Part shown: positions 28,699 to 45,620 of the stretch, one piece after another
How the letters are laid out: each line of letters begins with the position of its first letter
Numbering within the stretch: position 1 is the stretch's first letter
From: Chrysomallon squamiferum
Taxonomy: Eukaryota; Animalia; Mollusca
Assembly (NCBI GenBank): GCA_012295275.1
Contig: CM022677.1
Location: forward strand, 27,156,001-27,220,000
Reading direction: 5' to 3'
DNA: 64,000 nucleotides
Notes under the pieces: model-generated
The model's input: only the letters and a program-made list of their open reading frames with translations
Databases searched by the model: none
What the model was told of the DNA's origin: nothing
Position numbers and translations under genes: made by a program

Positions 28699-29266
28699 GA
28701 ATAACAACAATAATAATATAAATAATAATAATAATAGTATAAATAATAATAATAATAATAATAATAACAATAATAATAAACTGCAGCTTTATCTCAATGA
28801 TACTTTCCAAACAACTAAATGCCATAGATTATCAATTAAAGAACTGCATTGTGTACAGATTGCTTTAAAATAATTCTAGCTTTATCCTATTTCACTGATA
28901 CCTTTTAGAACTATCTCAAAGTTTTCACGATTACCTAATACATAGACAATTCTTTAAGAGACGACATGAAAATTATTCTTTTTCTAGAAATTTTTCAAAC
29001 AGCGAATTTATAATAAAACACCAAGGAAGAGGCACTGACTGAAAGTATTCTTTTTAAAAAATAAATAAATTAAATTAATTATAAACTCTCAGTTTCCTCT
29101 GAAGGATATTTTTCAAAGAACTATAACTTTGAGACAGAGAAGTTTATCCTGACAGAAATACATACACACACTCATATCATGATCCTTGTTATTAATCTTA
29201 TTATTGCTGTTATTATTGTTATTATTGCTGTTATTGTAGTTATTCTTGTTCTTGTTTTTGTTTTTG

Positions 29267-29306
<40 letters not shown>

Positions 29307-30257
29307 CATTGATATTAGTATTACTATTGTTACTACTGTTGTTGTTTTTATTAGTTAGTATTGTTGTTGTTGCTGTTGTTGTTGTTGCTGTTATCATCAC
29401 CATAATCTAACAAATTTACTTTAACAGAAATTCCTGTAGTAAAATTTTTTTTATATAAATCTTATCTCATCATAACAATATCTTCCAAACAACTAAACAT
29501 AATAAACACACACCATCATCTAATGAACACACCTCAACCAAGAACATTAGAAGTAAAAAAAAAAAAAATCAACAACAGTAAAGCTATTTCTTCTTCATTT
29601 TCCATTTTAAAAACTGCATCCTGCAGGCAGGGCAGCTCTGTAAAAATCGATGTAGTGTTTTACCAAAAGCCAGGTGTGTGTGTTATGGAAGGGCCCTGCC
29701 TGTAACAGAAGCTGGGTATTTAGAGGTAGTTAACTTACGAGTAGTATTAGCCTGTTTTTCTAATTGTCAAACACATGCTGCTTTCTGCTAAACCAATTCT
29801 GGCTGTGTTTTAAGGTCGTCTTCTGGCATTTTACAGAACATGTGGTGATCATTTAAGAAAACTAAATTTAACTGGTGTGGTTTATTTTTGAAAAGAATTT
29901 AGAAAAATAAAATGTGCTGATTTTCAGATTATAATCTGTATTGTTTTTATGGTGTGGTTTTTTTGTTTTTTTTTTTTTTTTTTTTTCCAAATTTCCTGGT
30001 TGTGCTTCTTTAAACATCAGTTTGCATAAAACTGGATTTTTAAACAAATTAAATAAATAAAACAATTAAACCAAAACAGAACAAGTTATGCAGGTCTGTT
30101 AGTAAAAACATTTGATTTGCAGAAATCTTTTCTGCAATGCTAATCGATGTGTGTCTGTTTTAATTACATATACATGTGTTTAGAAAGTATTTTTAAGACA
30201 TTAATTTGGAGCAAAAATATTTCTTACCAAATAGTTTTTAAAAAATATATTAATAAA

Positions 30258-30297
<40 letters not shown>

Positions 30298-31077
30298 GAA
30301 ATAAATAAATAAATAAATAAAAATAATTAAGAAAGCAAATAAGTTAATAAAACATATATAAAAAAAAACGATCTGCTGCTTTCCAAAGAACTAGGTTTAT
30401 TTATGTTTAAAGATTAAGGTTGTATACATTTCCTGAAACAGTTTCAATTAATTAATTAATTTATTTATTTATCTATTTACTTATTTATGTATTTATTTAT
30501 TTATCCTGCTCTCTGGAGAACAAGGTTTGAACTTGTTTTAAGGATGTATTTTTTTGTTTTACAAGTTTCTAAAAAAAAAAAAAAAAAAATTTAATGTTAG
30601 TGGTTTTATTTATTTATTTATCTCTGCTACTTTCTAGAAAACTTATTTAACTTTTGTATTTAAACTCATTTGCTATTTATTATTTTTTTTTTTTTTTTTT
30701 ACTCACTTTATGCTGTTTTCCACAAAACCAATCTTTGTTACATTATTACAATTATATTTTGGCAAAATAGCCACAATGATTTCCATGAAGCTAACTTTTT
30801 GTTAGTGTTTTTATAATTGTCTATTTGTTTTATGTTTTCTGGAAATCAGTTTTCATTAAGGTTTTCAGTAAGACTTATACTATTTTCTGGAAAACTAATT
30901 TTGATTTTAAAACCATCTGGTTGAGATTTATTAAGCACATGCTGGTTTCTACACAACTAATTTTATTTAGTTTTATGGAATCTGATGAAAAACAAGCACT
31001 GTTTTCTAATAAACTAATTTTAATTTGATTTTTCACATCAGATATTATAAATTTGATTTTCTCTTTTTTATTTTACT

Positions 31078-31127
<50 letters not shown>

Positions 31128-32118
31128 TTAGGTTTTTTTTTTCTTTTTTTTTTTCAGAATTCAAACTGACTTCAAAAAATAATTTTTAATTCCCTTATTT
31201 ATTTTTAAAACTGACTAATTATTATTTGCGAAAATGTATCTTATTTTCTGGAAACTAATTTTGTTCAAGATTTTCTTTTCTTTTTTCGTAATGTTCTTTG
31301 CCAAGCATAAGCTATTTTCTAAAAAAAAAACTAATTTTGATTAGATACTTTTTATGATTTCAAAAATAAAATGATTAGTTCAAGAAATCTATTTGTGATT
31401 AAATTTTATATTTATTATTTTTTTTTTTTTTAATATCCATTATTAATACATTACAAACATTTTTAAATTAAATCAGATCAATACTACTACCACTACTACT
31501 ACTACTATTAATACCAATAATAATTTTAAAAAAGGTTTTATTACTTACTACAACAGATACAACAGTACATTACCATGCTATAATTACTACAACTACAACA
31601 AAACATACAATTACAAGCGCAGCTGTTACAACTACTACTACTAATACAACTGCAACACTTAGTGATGAAAATAATTATTTTTACTACAAGAATAACTAAA
31701 TGGAACTAAAGCTGAAAGTACAACATCAGCAACAGCAATTACTATTACAACTACAACAAGCAGCTTTATTACTGTCATCTAGCTATAATAAAAACACTGT
31801 TTTCTAAAGAACTACTTCTGTGTAGTGTACCAAACACATTCAGCTTTGAATTAGTATTTTTATCTTTTTGATCCTGTGCTATTTCAGATAAACTAATTTT
31901 AACTTGTATATTTGGGAAGACAGATGAACGCATACCAAAACAAATTAACAAGGACGCCATTTTCATGGACAATACTGACACCATTAACCATTCAGAATTT
32001 CAAGGCAATATTTCAAGGAAATTTTTTTTTTTTTTTTTTTTTTTTGAATTTGTTTCCATTATACTAAAAGCTTTTTAACTGGAATATGGATTAGGAATTA
32101 GACATTTACTGCAGTACT

Positions 32119-32181
<63 letters not shown>

Positions 32182-34559
32182 CAAGGATATGTTAAAATAT
32201 GTACATAGGTCCGTGCGTGTGTGCCGTAACTATGTTAACTGAAGAAGCTCGTTAAATCTTTTGACAGCTCTTGTTTCAATATTTATAGTTTAAGTTAAAA
32301 TTTAACTTAAATATGGTTCATAAGTTGTTGTTGTTGTTTTTGGGATGATTGTTTTTAGTCATTAAACCAAGCAAAAATTATATAACGCAATGGACAAATT
32401 TTTTTTTTTTTTTTTTATTTTTTGGATTTTGTTTCCCAGGAATCCTCCCCAAACACGATTTTACAAATAACAATCTCATATTGATCAACCACATTAACTC
32501 TTTATAACAATTTTAATCAACTTATAATGCTTTTTAAAAAAAAAAAAAAACATATCCTTCTAAAACATATATTTTACTTTGTTGGCCTTAACAAATTATT
32601 TTGTTTTGGTTTAGTCATTTTCTCACCAAATTTTAAGGAATATTGAAAAAAAAAAAAAAAAAAATAAAAAAAAATAATCAATGAACGTACGTAAAGATTT
32701 TTTAATTAATCAACATCCATTCTCACTAACCATACTACAAGATACATTTACAGCGAAAAAAATAAAAACTTACCGACTTCGGGCCAATGTATTCATTCGC
32801 GTCGCCATGCTTAAGTGACTTTCATTTTGGCGCCAAGCTCCAGATATTTTTGTTTTGGGTAATCCTTTTTGATGTGAAAGCCTATCTTATTGCTTAATCT
32901 TACAAAAACGTAATAATTACATGTTTCCAAGCAGAAGAGGTTCTTCTTTTTCATTTAATTTTTTTTTAAAGTGCTGTACATCCTTAAAAAAAAAAATGTT
33001 TATTTCTGTCAACGTTTCACTGCTACATTAACTTCGGGATTCACCGGAACTGCGAAATGAAATTTTAAACCAATCAAAAGTGGCGCTTTTATTTATTTAT
33101 TTATTATAATAATAATATTTATTTTTATTTATTTTATACTTTTAATTATTTTAAAAAATACTTTATATTATTATAACTTTTTTTATTATTATTATTATTA
33201 TTTTTTTTTTTTTTTTTTTTTAACCCATCAGCAGGAAGACCTACAACGAGTCGATTCTCCTCCCCCCCCCCCGATTTAATAAACTCTCCTGATGAGCTAG
33301 TGCGTTTCAATAAACTATACACAGCCATTAACCACAAAACAAACAAATGACTCACACTAGTCGAACAAATAAATAAATAAATTAAAAGAAAGATAAGAAA
33401 CATACAAAAAAAAAAAAAAAAGAAAGATCGGATCTGATTTCACGGTAAAAAATATTACAACAATGGTGGAGTTCGACTGATAATAAAGTTGTACTATGTT
33501 TCAACAGCCTCTTCATTTAAAATCATCTTCTTTTTACAGATAGGCGTCATTTAACCAAAAAAAAAAACGTCTTCTGATTAATAATTCTAACACATCTGTT
33601 GAATAAACGAGTATTTGGAACATACTGTCACTTATCTGAGATAATTAGCAACGATTTATTTAATTTGTAAGACCGTACTAAGAGCATATGAACTGAGGAT
33701 TTCAAAATAGATTACTGAGCGGTGGGTATTAATTCAATTACTGGCAAACGAAATTGAGTTACTGCAAGGGATGGTCCTGTTGTTCGGAAACGGTGTGATG
33801 TTGTAAATACTCATACACATGAAACATACAAAGACATACGTGCGTGTATATGTGTGTGTGTGTGTATGTGTGTGTGTGTTACAAAAATATACTCAAATCC
33901 ACAATCCCAACAGACATAAACTGTACAAAGCCACATTTAATATATACACTCTAATGCTCTTTACATAAACACATATACTACATTCTACATACACCCACAC
34001 ACATACTCAACATTAACAATACATAAATGCACACTCAGTACACACACATATATTTACACACAAACACATCTATGAGACGTTTCGCTAAATGTTCAGTAAT
34101 TCTTCGTTCTCCTTTCCCCTGTGCGAGTCTGGGGGGGTGTAAGGAGGTGGGGGAATGAAAGGCCGAAACATATTTACCGATATTTTGTTACAAAATTGAA
34201 TTAATGCAAGAGAAAAATCTAAGTATTCGTTAAAAGGGGTTGTGCCACACGAGTGTGTTCGAGACAAGTTTCAAAACGAAATAAGCTTAGTTGTTGAGAA
34301 AATAGCATCAGTTTGTACAAAAACAACGAGGCAAAATTACTCTCTCCTCTAGTGTTTTTTTGTTGTTGTTGTTTTTGTTTTTTTTGGGTTTTTTTTTTTT
34401 TTTAATAAATATAGTGTATTTTGTTAATACAATGTATTCTTCAAGTGTGTTATAAGTTTAGCGTAATAATATTTCTTATTTTTTAAATATAATATACAGT
34501 ATTGATTCTTCATCAATCTTAATAATTTAAGAGTTTATCTTTATAACGTTTTCTATTAC

Positions 34560-34602
<43 letters not shown>

Positions 34603-34741
34603 TCTTTTCTTAGTTTCTTTGATCTTATTTTTTTAAATTTTGTTTTTTACTTTTATTTTATTTTTTTTATTTTTTTTTTTTTATTAAAGAAACCATTTCC
34701 TGAAAATTCTTCGATTTGTATTTCTTCAAAGCTTTTTTGTT

Positions 34742-34785
<44 letters not shown>

Positions 34786-35104
34786 TTATTTATTTATTTA
34801 TTTATTTATTTTATTTTAAGACATTTTTTTTCCTGAAATTTCTGCTTCAGCATTTTACGACATTTTTCAGGAAACTCTCATTCACGAATTCCAGCGAACT
34901 TTACTTTTTCTTTTCTTTTTTTTTTTTTTTTTTTTTCATTTTCTCCGCATTTCCAGTTTTGTCTCGTCAGACATTTTCGTTGCAGACGATTACCTCCGCC
35001 ATTTGCTTGGCATTCCGGAGATAAGCGGCTCGTGCTGCCTGCATTCGTGACAACCAGGGCAATTACTTCGTGTAACAGCACAGCGAGCCCACACCGGGGA
35101 GGTA

Positions 35105-35330
35105 GGGGAGGGTGATTTACGGAGTATTACGGAGTATTACGGAGATGGGGGAGAGAAATGGTGAAGAGTGATTTTGCAGGGATTATATATATATGGATGT
35201 GGGGGAGTTGAGGTGATGGGTGATTTAGAATGATTTTCATTCCGGTGAGAGAGAGAAAAATGGCGAAGGGTGATTTGTAGGAATTTTCATGTGGGTGGGG
35301 GGAGATGTGGTGAAGGTGATTAATAGTTAC
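35105..35330. repeat. Degenerate G-rich ~50-bp tandem repeat, with a nested 10-bp TTACGGAGTA x3
   Basis: Recurrent GGGAGAGAAATGGTGAAGGGTGATTT..GGAATTTTCAT-like units. Confidence 0.65.
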
Positions 35331-36077
35331 GATGGTGGTGGAAAAGGGTTGAGAGAGAAAATAAGGAATTTGTATGTGTGTGTGTGTGTGTGTGCGTGTG
35401 AGTGTTTATGTTCCTGCTTTTGTGTGTGTGTGTGTGTTTGTGCGTTAGTTTATATATATCATATATGAGAGAGAAAGAGTATTTTAAAATATTTTAAAGT
35501 GTATTTTAAAATTAAAATAAAATAACTGGACTAAATAATCATAAATTACATTAATTTCTCGTAAATAAAGAAATAAAGAAATTAGAAGATAAAAGAGTAT
35601 TAACAAAACTGTGGAAATAATTTATACTGAAAATAAACAAACAAACAAATAAATAAAGACATTAACAACACATAAATTTAAAAAAGAAGGTTTATCTTAC
35701 TCTCAATAATTATCTACAAATGACAGCTGACTGTCATCATTGTTAACACACAAAAAAAAAAAAAAAAAAAAAAGATCGAAATAATTTTCCATTTATAAAT
35801 CAGAATCTCCCTCATTATCCTATCTGTCAATCAATTTTCACTTCCATTTGCATAATTATTGACTTTTCTGTGACATGGGAAACCATGGTTATATCCAACA
35901 AAGCCGTGTACGCGTTACGCATGCGTAACACTTGATAGTTGCACGTATTATGTCACTTCTCTGTTATTACGTACTTCCTGCTGTTTGTTTCAGAACAATC
36001 GATTCAAGCGAGACGTGCAATAAGTTAATCACAGCGAGTATTTATCCAGATACTAATATCTAAACATCACTTTCTTT

Positions 36078-36108
<31 letters not shown>

Positions 36109-36162
36109 TTTGTTTGTTTGTTTGTTTGTTTGTTTGTTTTGTAATTTTGTTTATATATTGTT

Positions 36163-36233
<71 letters not shown>

Positions 36234-37401
36234 ATCCAATATAAACAATGAAACGGATACACGCACACACATACGTGTATCTGTATATATATTCGATATT
36301 ATAAACACACACATACACACACTTTCACGCACGTTCATTTGCATACGAACATGCAGACACCAAATACCCTTACACATATCCGCACATCCACATGGACACA
36401 TACACACGTGTACAAACACACACACAGACTAATGCATATACACACACACATACAGAAAAACACATAACGTCACAAACAGCCACACACAGAGACACATATA
36501 CACACACACACATTCACACAGACAGACTGACAGACAGACATATTACACACACATACGAACACAAATCAAAGGCCCATCATAAATTCTGATAATCTTTCAG
36601 CTGCTGCAAAAAGCTGTGAACCAGCGGTCAAGATAATAGTATATTTCCTGTCACTACTCAGAACATAATTAGAACTGACTTGTAGATAGTATCATCTGTC
36701 TCATGCTATCTTCTTTCAGGAAGTATTGATTTTTCATATGAAGACACAGGTGCAATTTCAAACCATAATCCCTCTAGAAATATTACATTAGTTTTATAAC
36801 TGAGATGTAGATAATAGTATTAGCAGTATAATTATTTATAATAATAATAATAATGTAGATAATACTATTATTGGTATAAATAATTATAACACTAATGTAA
36901 TTAATAGTACCGTTAGTAAAATAATTATATCAGTTATGTAGTTAATATTGTTAATAGTAGAAATATTTATAATAATAATAATAATAATGGTGATAATATT
37001 AGTAGTAATAGAACTATTTATAACAGTTATAGTAACAGTCATTTAGATAACAGCATTATATTTCCATCCCACGACAAAAACAGCTAACTATTTATAATTT
37101 TGACTTATGACTATTTTTGTATTATGGATCACAATTTTCACCCACCGGTTCAGCTACCCACCCGTTTTTGTATTCATCGCAGACCCACCCGGCATTTTCA
37201 CCCCACCATCACCTGACTACCCACCAATTTACGACCCGCTGTGAATGTACCCAACATTTGACAATCAACCTTTAAAACCCAATCAATAAAAACAACGATA
37301 TATATATTTTTTTTTTCACTAAAGAAATCAGTTAGCCGGCTTTGCTATCCATCGTTATCTCTTCAACGACTCTAGAACCCACAAACACGACTCCATCACA
37401 G

Positions 37402-37434
<33 letters not shown>

Positions 37435-38329
37435 TCTACTTTTTACTGCCGCTGTAGTTGCAGACGAATGGGGAGGTTGCATGCAGCGATCAATCGAGGT
37501 TGTTGACTCTGCGGTCGGTGACGAGAAGAACAAACACGCCTGTGAGGTTGTCGTCGAGATTGCGATACAAATTGCCGCGGTGCACGCCACGGTGATAACG
37601 TTAACGACGTCGACTTCCACGTGTTGCTGGGGGGGTTTTTTGCATCCGTTGTGGATGGACGCAGATAAATGTGTTTTTAACAGCGCCCGAGTAAATGGTG
37701 GGGGTTTTCTGAAAGAGTTTTGTGTGTGCGTGTGTGCGTGCGTGCGTGCGATTATTCTGGGTGTATGTGGATGTGATTGTAGCGTGTGTGTTTCTTCTGT
37801 GTGTCTGTCTGTCTGTCTGCCTGTCTGTCTGTGTGTATGTATGTATGTATGCATGTGTGTGTGTGTGTATACATAAGTATGTGTGTCTGTGTTTGTGTAT
37901 TAGTTTTTTACGTATACAATCATTTATCCAAATCAGTTGCCCTTCATACGTAAATCACTAACCCTATCACCTGGTTTATTTCTTAAAACATGTTGTCCGA
38001 ACCTTTCTCCGACAATTTATTCCTCCTTCATTCATTCATTTACTCATCCTCTTCCTGCTTCCCTCATTCATTCTGTTTCTTCTCGTGTTATTAAGAGACA
38101 TTTCAGAAATGTTCGATCCGTCATTGCAGATAGCGATTCTCATTCGTCCTTTGTCTCCTTTCTCTCTTTCTCTCTATTTCTTTATCTTTCTTTGTCTCTC
38201 TCTCTCTCTCACCCATTCCCTATCTTTCTATTTCTTGTGTCTTTCTCTCTTTATGTATATTTTCTCTCTCTTTCTTTTCCTCTATCTTTCTATTTCTTGT
38301 ATCTTTCTTTTCCTCTGTATCTCTGTGTC

Positions 38330-38332
<3 letters not shown>

Positions 38333-38404
<72 letters not shown>

Positions 38405-38495
38405 GCACACGCACACGCACACACACACACACACACTTCTCTCCTTCAGTCTCCTCCAGTTTACACATGTCACTCCAGCTTTCACTGAGCTATCA
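38333..38495 (-). mobile_element. Short dispersed repeat copy 2 (inverted relative to copy 1)
   Basis: Reverse complement reads TGATAGCTCAGTGAAAGCTGGAGTGACATGTGTAAACTGGAGGAGACTGAAGGAGAGAAG then (GT)n(GA)n. Confidence 0.7.
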
Positions 38496-39405
38496 GAAAA
38501 AAAAAACAAGGTACTTTTTTTTTTTTTTTTTTTTAAAACAAACATTTTCCTTTATCTACAAAACTCCTCAACCTCTTTCTCGAACAAATCTAAGCGCGCC
38601 AGCAACACCACAGACTAAACCAATCGATAAAAAACATCGAGGAAATGAATAGCAAGGCCGGGCCAATCGATCAGTGCTTACATGACAAATATGATGTTTT
38701 GTAGCTTGATCCAGAACGGGAATTAAATAAACACATTCTTCGTTCATAATGGCCTGGTTACACGTACACGTCGCTGTTGTCTGAACGTTGGGGTCGAAGA
38801 CGATGACGTTCGGGTTAAACACGGGTCGGAGGATGTATATTACAGACGGTTGTTTAGAAAATATTATCTTCGGAGTTCTTTTCCTCTTCCTGTCTGTTAA
38901 TTACTTTTCGTTTTCAGTTTAATGTGCTGCTGATGGGTTCATGTATAGTTAATGAGAGCGAAAGTGTGTGAAGTAAGTGAGAGTGAGAAAGACAGTATGA
39001 CATACAGAATATGTACACACGAACAGAAATACAGAGCTATACACCCACTTAAACATACAAAACATATAGATATATAGACACACTTACACATGCACACACA
39101 CAAAGAGAAACGTACAGACACACATACACTGAAACACACACACATATATATACAGATAGACACATATGTATAGCTTACACACCCATTTAAACACAAATTC
39201 ATGCACACAAAAACGTGCATATATAGACATACATATGCAGACACATACACACGCACACACAAACACAGATACACACCACTGAAATACACACACATACACA
39301 CAAAACGTATTATATAGACACACATACAATGTACACAATCCTACACAAAATATATGAATACACATACAAATACATACAATACTTGCACACAAAATAAACA
39401 AAAAG

Positions 39406-39456
<51 letters not shown>

Positions 39457-39814
39457 GAAAGTCTTGTATTAACAAACATGATTGTTGTTAACAAACGCAA
39501 AAACTGTCGTCATGGTAACTAAGAGGTAAAGTGAAGTATTATGTTCCAGTCAATATTTGATTTAAATAAGATAATTACAAACATACATATGTGTATACAC
39601 ACAGTCATAAACCTAAATACATGCATACACGGTATTATAGATATAAATACATACATACAAAAATCCATAGAGACACACAGGTAATATCAATGAGGATAAA
39701 GGAATAATTTGAAATAAAATTTATAACGAATTTCGTAAAATATGAAATTAACAAGTTACGTTGCTAACTAAAATATGAATAAAAATAAAATAAAAAATGG
39801 CTTCAACAGTGAGA

Positions 39815-40917
<1,103 letters not shown>

Positions 40918-41133
40918 CTACACTAATTACACTCAAACATCTGGTTGATTTCAAGTTGAAAGATTTACATTTTCCTTCTTAAACAAATTTTCATCATGCT
41001 CCAGTTTGCACAGAACTCGGAGATCTGTCCACGACTTGCGTACTTCAACAGTTCACCATTAGAAGAAGAAAAAGAAATATAATTATAGTCAACCCTTTTT
41101 TGAACTTTTTTTTTTTTTTTTTTATTTATATAG

Positions 41134-41173
<40 letters not shown>

Positions 41174-41482
41174 CTTCTTTTTTTTTTCTTTTTTTTGTTA
41201 TTCATTATTTCATCATTCCAGTAAAGGTTGCTGAAGTTAATTAATTTTTGTTGTTTAGAAGATTTTTTTTTTTTATCAAGATTATTTTATTCTTTCTTTC
41301 ATTCCTTTTATCTCTCATTCTGTCTCTCTGCCTCTCATTTTCTTGTCTCTTTCTCTATATCTGGCTTCTTTCTTTTCCATTTCTTTGTCTTTCTCACTCC
41401 ATCTCTCTCTCCCACTCTCTGACTCTGTATCTTTTTCTTTCTATCTCTCTTTCTGTGTCTCCATATATATATATGTGTGTGT

Positions 41483-41514
<32 letters not shown>

Positions 41515-41685
41515 CTCTCTCACATTTTCTCTCTATCTCCATATATATATATCATTCTTTCTTTTTTTTCTTTCTACCTGCCTTTCATTTCTTTCTCCCT
41601 CTGTTTCTATATCTCCATCTATTCTCTCTCTCTCTCTCCATATATATATATATCTTTTTTTCTCTTTTTCTTTCTTTCTATCTGT

Positions 41686-41759
<74 letters not shown>

Positions 41760-43867
41760 CCTTTGAAACCACTCCCAGTTCTCAGATCGTTGCATGCCTT
41801 CCTCTCTCTCACCTGGACATTTCTGATTCTCACTTCTCAAAGCTGATAAAAAACAGACTTCAGTGAATGTTCCAATGTAAACTTGCAGCATGCTGCTAGT
41901 TAATTAATTAACATGTGGTGTGTGGAAAGTACTTTCTGTTTCCTGTTACCAGCAGACGCAAAGAAAAAAAAAAAAAAAAAAAAAAAAAAAGGAATATCAA
42001 GTAGCAAAACAGTTAAATTTTTTAAATTAGGATGAAAAGTAGAAGAGGATGTTTTAAAAAAATTAATTTAAATGACAGACAAATAAATAAATAATAATAA
42101 TAATAACAGTAATGATGATGATGATGATGATCAGTGAATGAATGAATAAATAAATAGATTTAAATTAAATAAAGGAGGAACTTTAAAAAAATTATTTGTG
42201 AGATAAAGAAATAAATAGCAATAATAATAATAGTAATAATAATGATGATGATGATGATGATGATTATTGAATGAATGAATACATTAATTAAATTAAATAA
42301 AGTAAAATAAATAATTAAACAAATAATTAAAGAAATAAATAAAACAAAAATAAATAAAATTAAATAACTGTTTAAAACTTACTAATTTGAAAAATATTAT
42401 TCAATTTTTTAATTTTGTTTCTTTATTTACTCAGACCTGTTTTAAAAGACAGTTTGTTGCTGTTTGTATGTAAAAGAGTAACAGTTGATGAGATTTAAAT
42501 TCATATTATTTTACTAAATTCTTTTCTTTTTCCTTTTTTTTTTTTTTAACTTTTTCTCACAGATCCACACATCTTATCTCTAACTCCTTTTTTATTTTAT
42601 TATTTAACCTCTCAAAAATACTTCAACATTTTTTAAATCTTTATTTAACCCAACGGATGTAAGCATACTTAATCAGAATCTGACGTTTAGAAAACATTTT
42701 CTTCATTTCTTTTTGATGTTTTATTTTCAGCAAGTTAGGTCTAATGTTGACATTATTTTTACATTTTTTTTTTCTTTCTATTTTTATTTATTTTTAATTT
42801 TTTTTTTTTCCTGAATTTTTATTTCTTCATTCCATTAAATGTTGTTGACGTTAATTAATATAAGTTTTTTAGAAGATACTGTTTTCTGATTCAGATGAAA
42901 AAAATAAAAAAAATAACTAATAATAATAATAAAGAATCAATGCTACTACTGCAACTGCTACTAATAATATTAATGTTATACTACTACTAAAGTAACTACA
43001 ACAACTTCTATTACTACTGCAGCTACCACTACTAATAATATAATAATAATAACAACAATAACAAACTACTACTACTACTACTAATAATAATATTAATAAA
43101 ATATTACTACTGTTACTACTATAACTACAACAACAGCTACTACTATCACTGCAACTATTTCTACTACTAACATAATAACAATAACAATAACAATAAAACT
43201 ACTACTACTAATAATAATAAAAACTGCGATGAGAGGATGATGACAATAATAATGATGATGATGTTAACATGTTACCTTCTGTTTTGTTTTGTATAGTTTA
43301 TTTTTTTTTTGTGTTGTGGTTTTTAAATATCTTATGTGATGTGTTCTTTATCCTCATGTTTTCATTATGATGATGATGAAATGCATGTTTTTCATATATG
43401 ATGATGGATGAAATGCATGTTTATACATGTATGTATGTGTGTATGGATGGATGGACATATATATATATATGTATGTGTGTATGTGTGTATGTATGTATGT
43501 TCGTATGTATAATGAGTGTGTATGTACATATATGAATTTATGAGAAAAATTGTGTGCCTCTCTCTTTTTTTTCTTGTTACCATGGCAACCACACCAGAAT
43601 TTGCTCCGGTTCGTTTTAATTGCCGCCTTATAATTATAACACATCCTCTCTCTCTGTCTGTCTCCCCCCCAAGCTCTCTACCAACCATCACCCCCCACAC
43701 ACATTTCTCCACCTCTGAGACTCACCTCCAGTAATGTAGGTGAGCAAAACACAAAGACAGGTTTTTGGGAAACAGAAGCATCGTTTCCGTAGAAACAGAT
43801 GCTGCAGAAGTCAGCTGTTGGCAACTTGCCAGAACCACTTGAAGGTGACTGCCTAATTGTGATGGAT

Positions 43868-44162
43868 TGTTTAACTAATAGTATTTTAAAATATGAGCGT
43901 TTTTTTTTTTAGTTGTTTTACTAATATTATTTTATGTTTTGAGCATTTTTCTTTTTTAGTTGTTTTACTAATATTATTTCAAATTTTGAGTATTTTTCTT
44001 TTTTAGTTGTTTCACTAATATTATTTCAAATTTTTTTTTTTTAGTTGTTTAACTAATATTATTTTATGTTTTGAACATTTTTCTTTTTTAGTTGTTTTAC
44101 TAATATTATTTTAAATTTTGTGTATTTTTCTTTTTTACTTGTTTTACTAATATTATTTTATA
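43868..44162. repeat. AT-rich ~47-bp minisatellite, ~6-7 copies
   Basis: Recurrent TTTTAGTTGTTTTACTAATATTATTTT...TTTTGAG.ATTTTTC. Confidence 0.9.
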
Positions 44163-44794
44163 TTTCATCTTTTCATCTATTTATTATTTCTTTATTTATT
44201 TATTTATTTATTCATTCAGTCATCTTTTCATCTATTTATTATTTATTTATCATTTATTTATTTACATAATCTTAATTTACTTTCATTTAGTTTTCTTAGT
44301 GATAGACTGTCAATGCATTTTATTATTTTAATTTACACTTGTTTAAGTTCCTAACCAGCCCATGGTTCTTTAGAAACTTTGATGGTTCATATTTAGTTAC
44401 TCAGGCGTGTCGTTGAATTACTGATGTGTGACCACGTTCAGTCTGGAAGAACTGGTAATCCATGAAGATTCTGGAACCAAGAGTTCTGGAATAGCTAGCT
44501 GTATTATAAACAGTACTACACCTCCATTTTTGAGGCCATGCTGTTTGAAACTGTTAAGTGGGGCCCTTTGCAAAAAGCAACAATGTCTGGGTAACCATGG
44601 TTACCTACCTTCTTCAATGGTGTTATACTCCATGACAGATCATTATAATTTTTTTTTTTTTTTTTTTTAAGTTTATGCAGATTTGGAAAAGTTTGTGGAT
44701 TAAAATTGTTTTTGGGATTCAAAGCACTGTAGCTCAAGCTTCATTAGTTTATTAATAGATCCATTCCTAATTATCAGTAATATGTACACAAACA

Positions 44795-44835
<41 letters not shown>

Positions 44836-44901
44836 TATACATAAGCACATATGAATGAACTTGGAGACAGAAAAGACACATATAGATACAGAGAAACAGA
44901 C

Positions 44902-45012
<111 letters not shown>

Positions 45013-45540
45013 CCTGCTGGAAATTAACAACATGGAAAAAATGAAAAATATATAAATCACAAAGGAAAAAGTGAGAAAGAAAAACTGTGATAAAAAGAAA
45101 AAGAAACAAAGAGAAAAAAAACTGAAATAATTTTTTTTTACTAATAAATCTTATCTTTGACAGTTGCCTTTTTTCTTCTTTTTTCTTTCTTTTTATTTTT
45201 GTTATTTCAATGGTAAAAGAAATTTGAAAACTTCAGTGAGGAAGTTAATCTTAAATATAGAAGTGAGACAAAAAGTTATTAAAAGAAAAGAATAGAAAAA
45301 AAAAATATCAGTTTAAAACTAAATTAAATAATATACATATGAATAATAGTAATAGTAGTAGCAGTAGTAGTAATAGTTATAGTAATAATAATGTATTTAT
45401 TATAAAAAAGACAATAACAATAGTAGTAGTAGTAATGATGATGATGATGATGATGACAATAAAGTAACAACAACAGCAATAACAATAACATTTTTCTCTC
45501 TGTTTTTATTTCTTTATATCTTTTTGCCTTTCTTTCTTTC

Positions 45541-45620
45541 TATCTCTAAACATCTCTGTCTATCTCTGAACATCTCTGTCTATCTCTAAACATCTCTGTC
45601 TATCTCTGAACATCTCTATC
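45541..45620. repeat. 20-bp minisatellite x4 (TATCTCTRAACATCTCTGTC)
   Basis: Directly visible. Confidence 0.9.
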
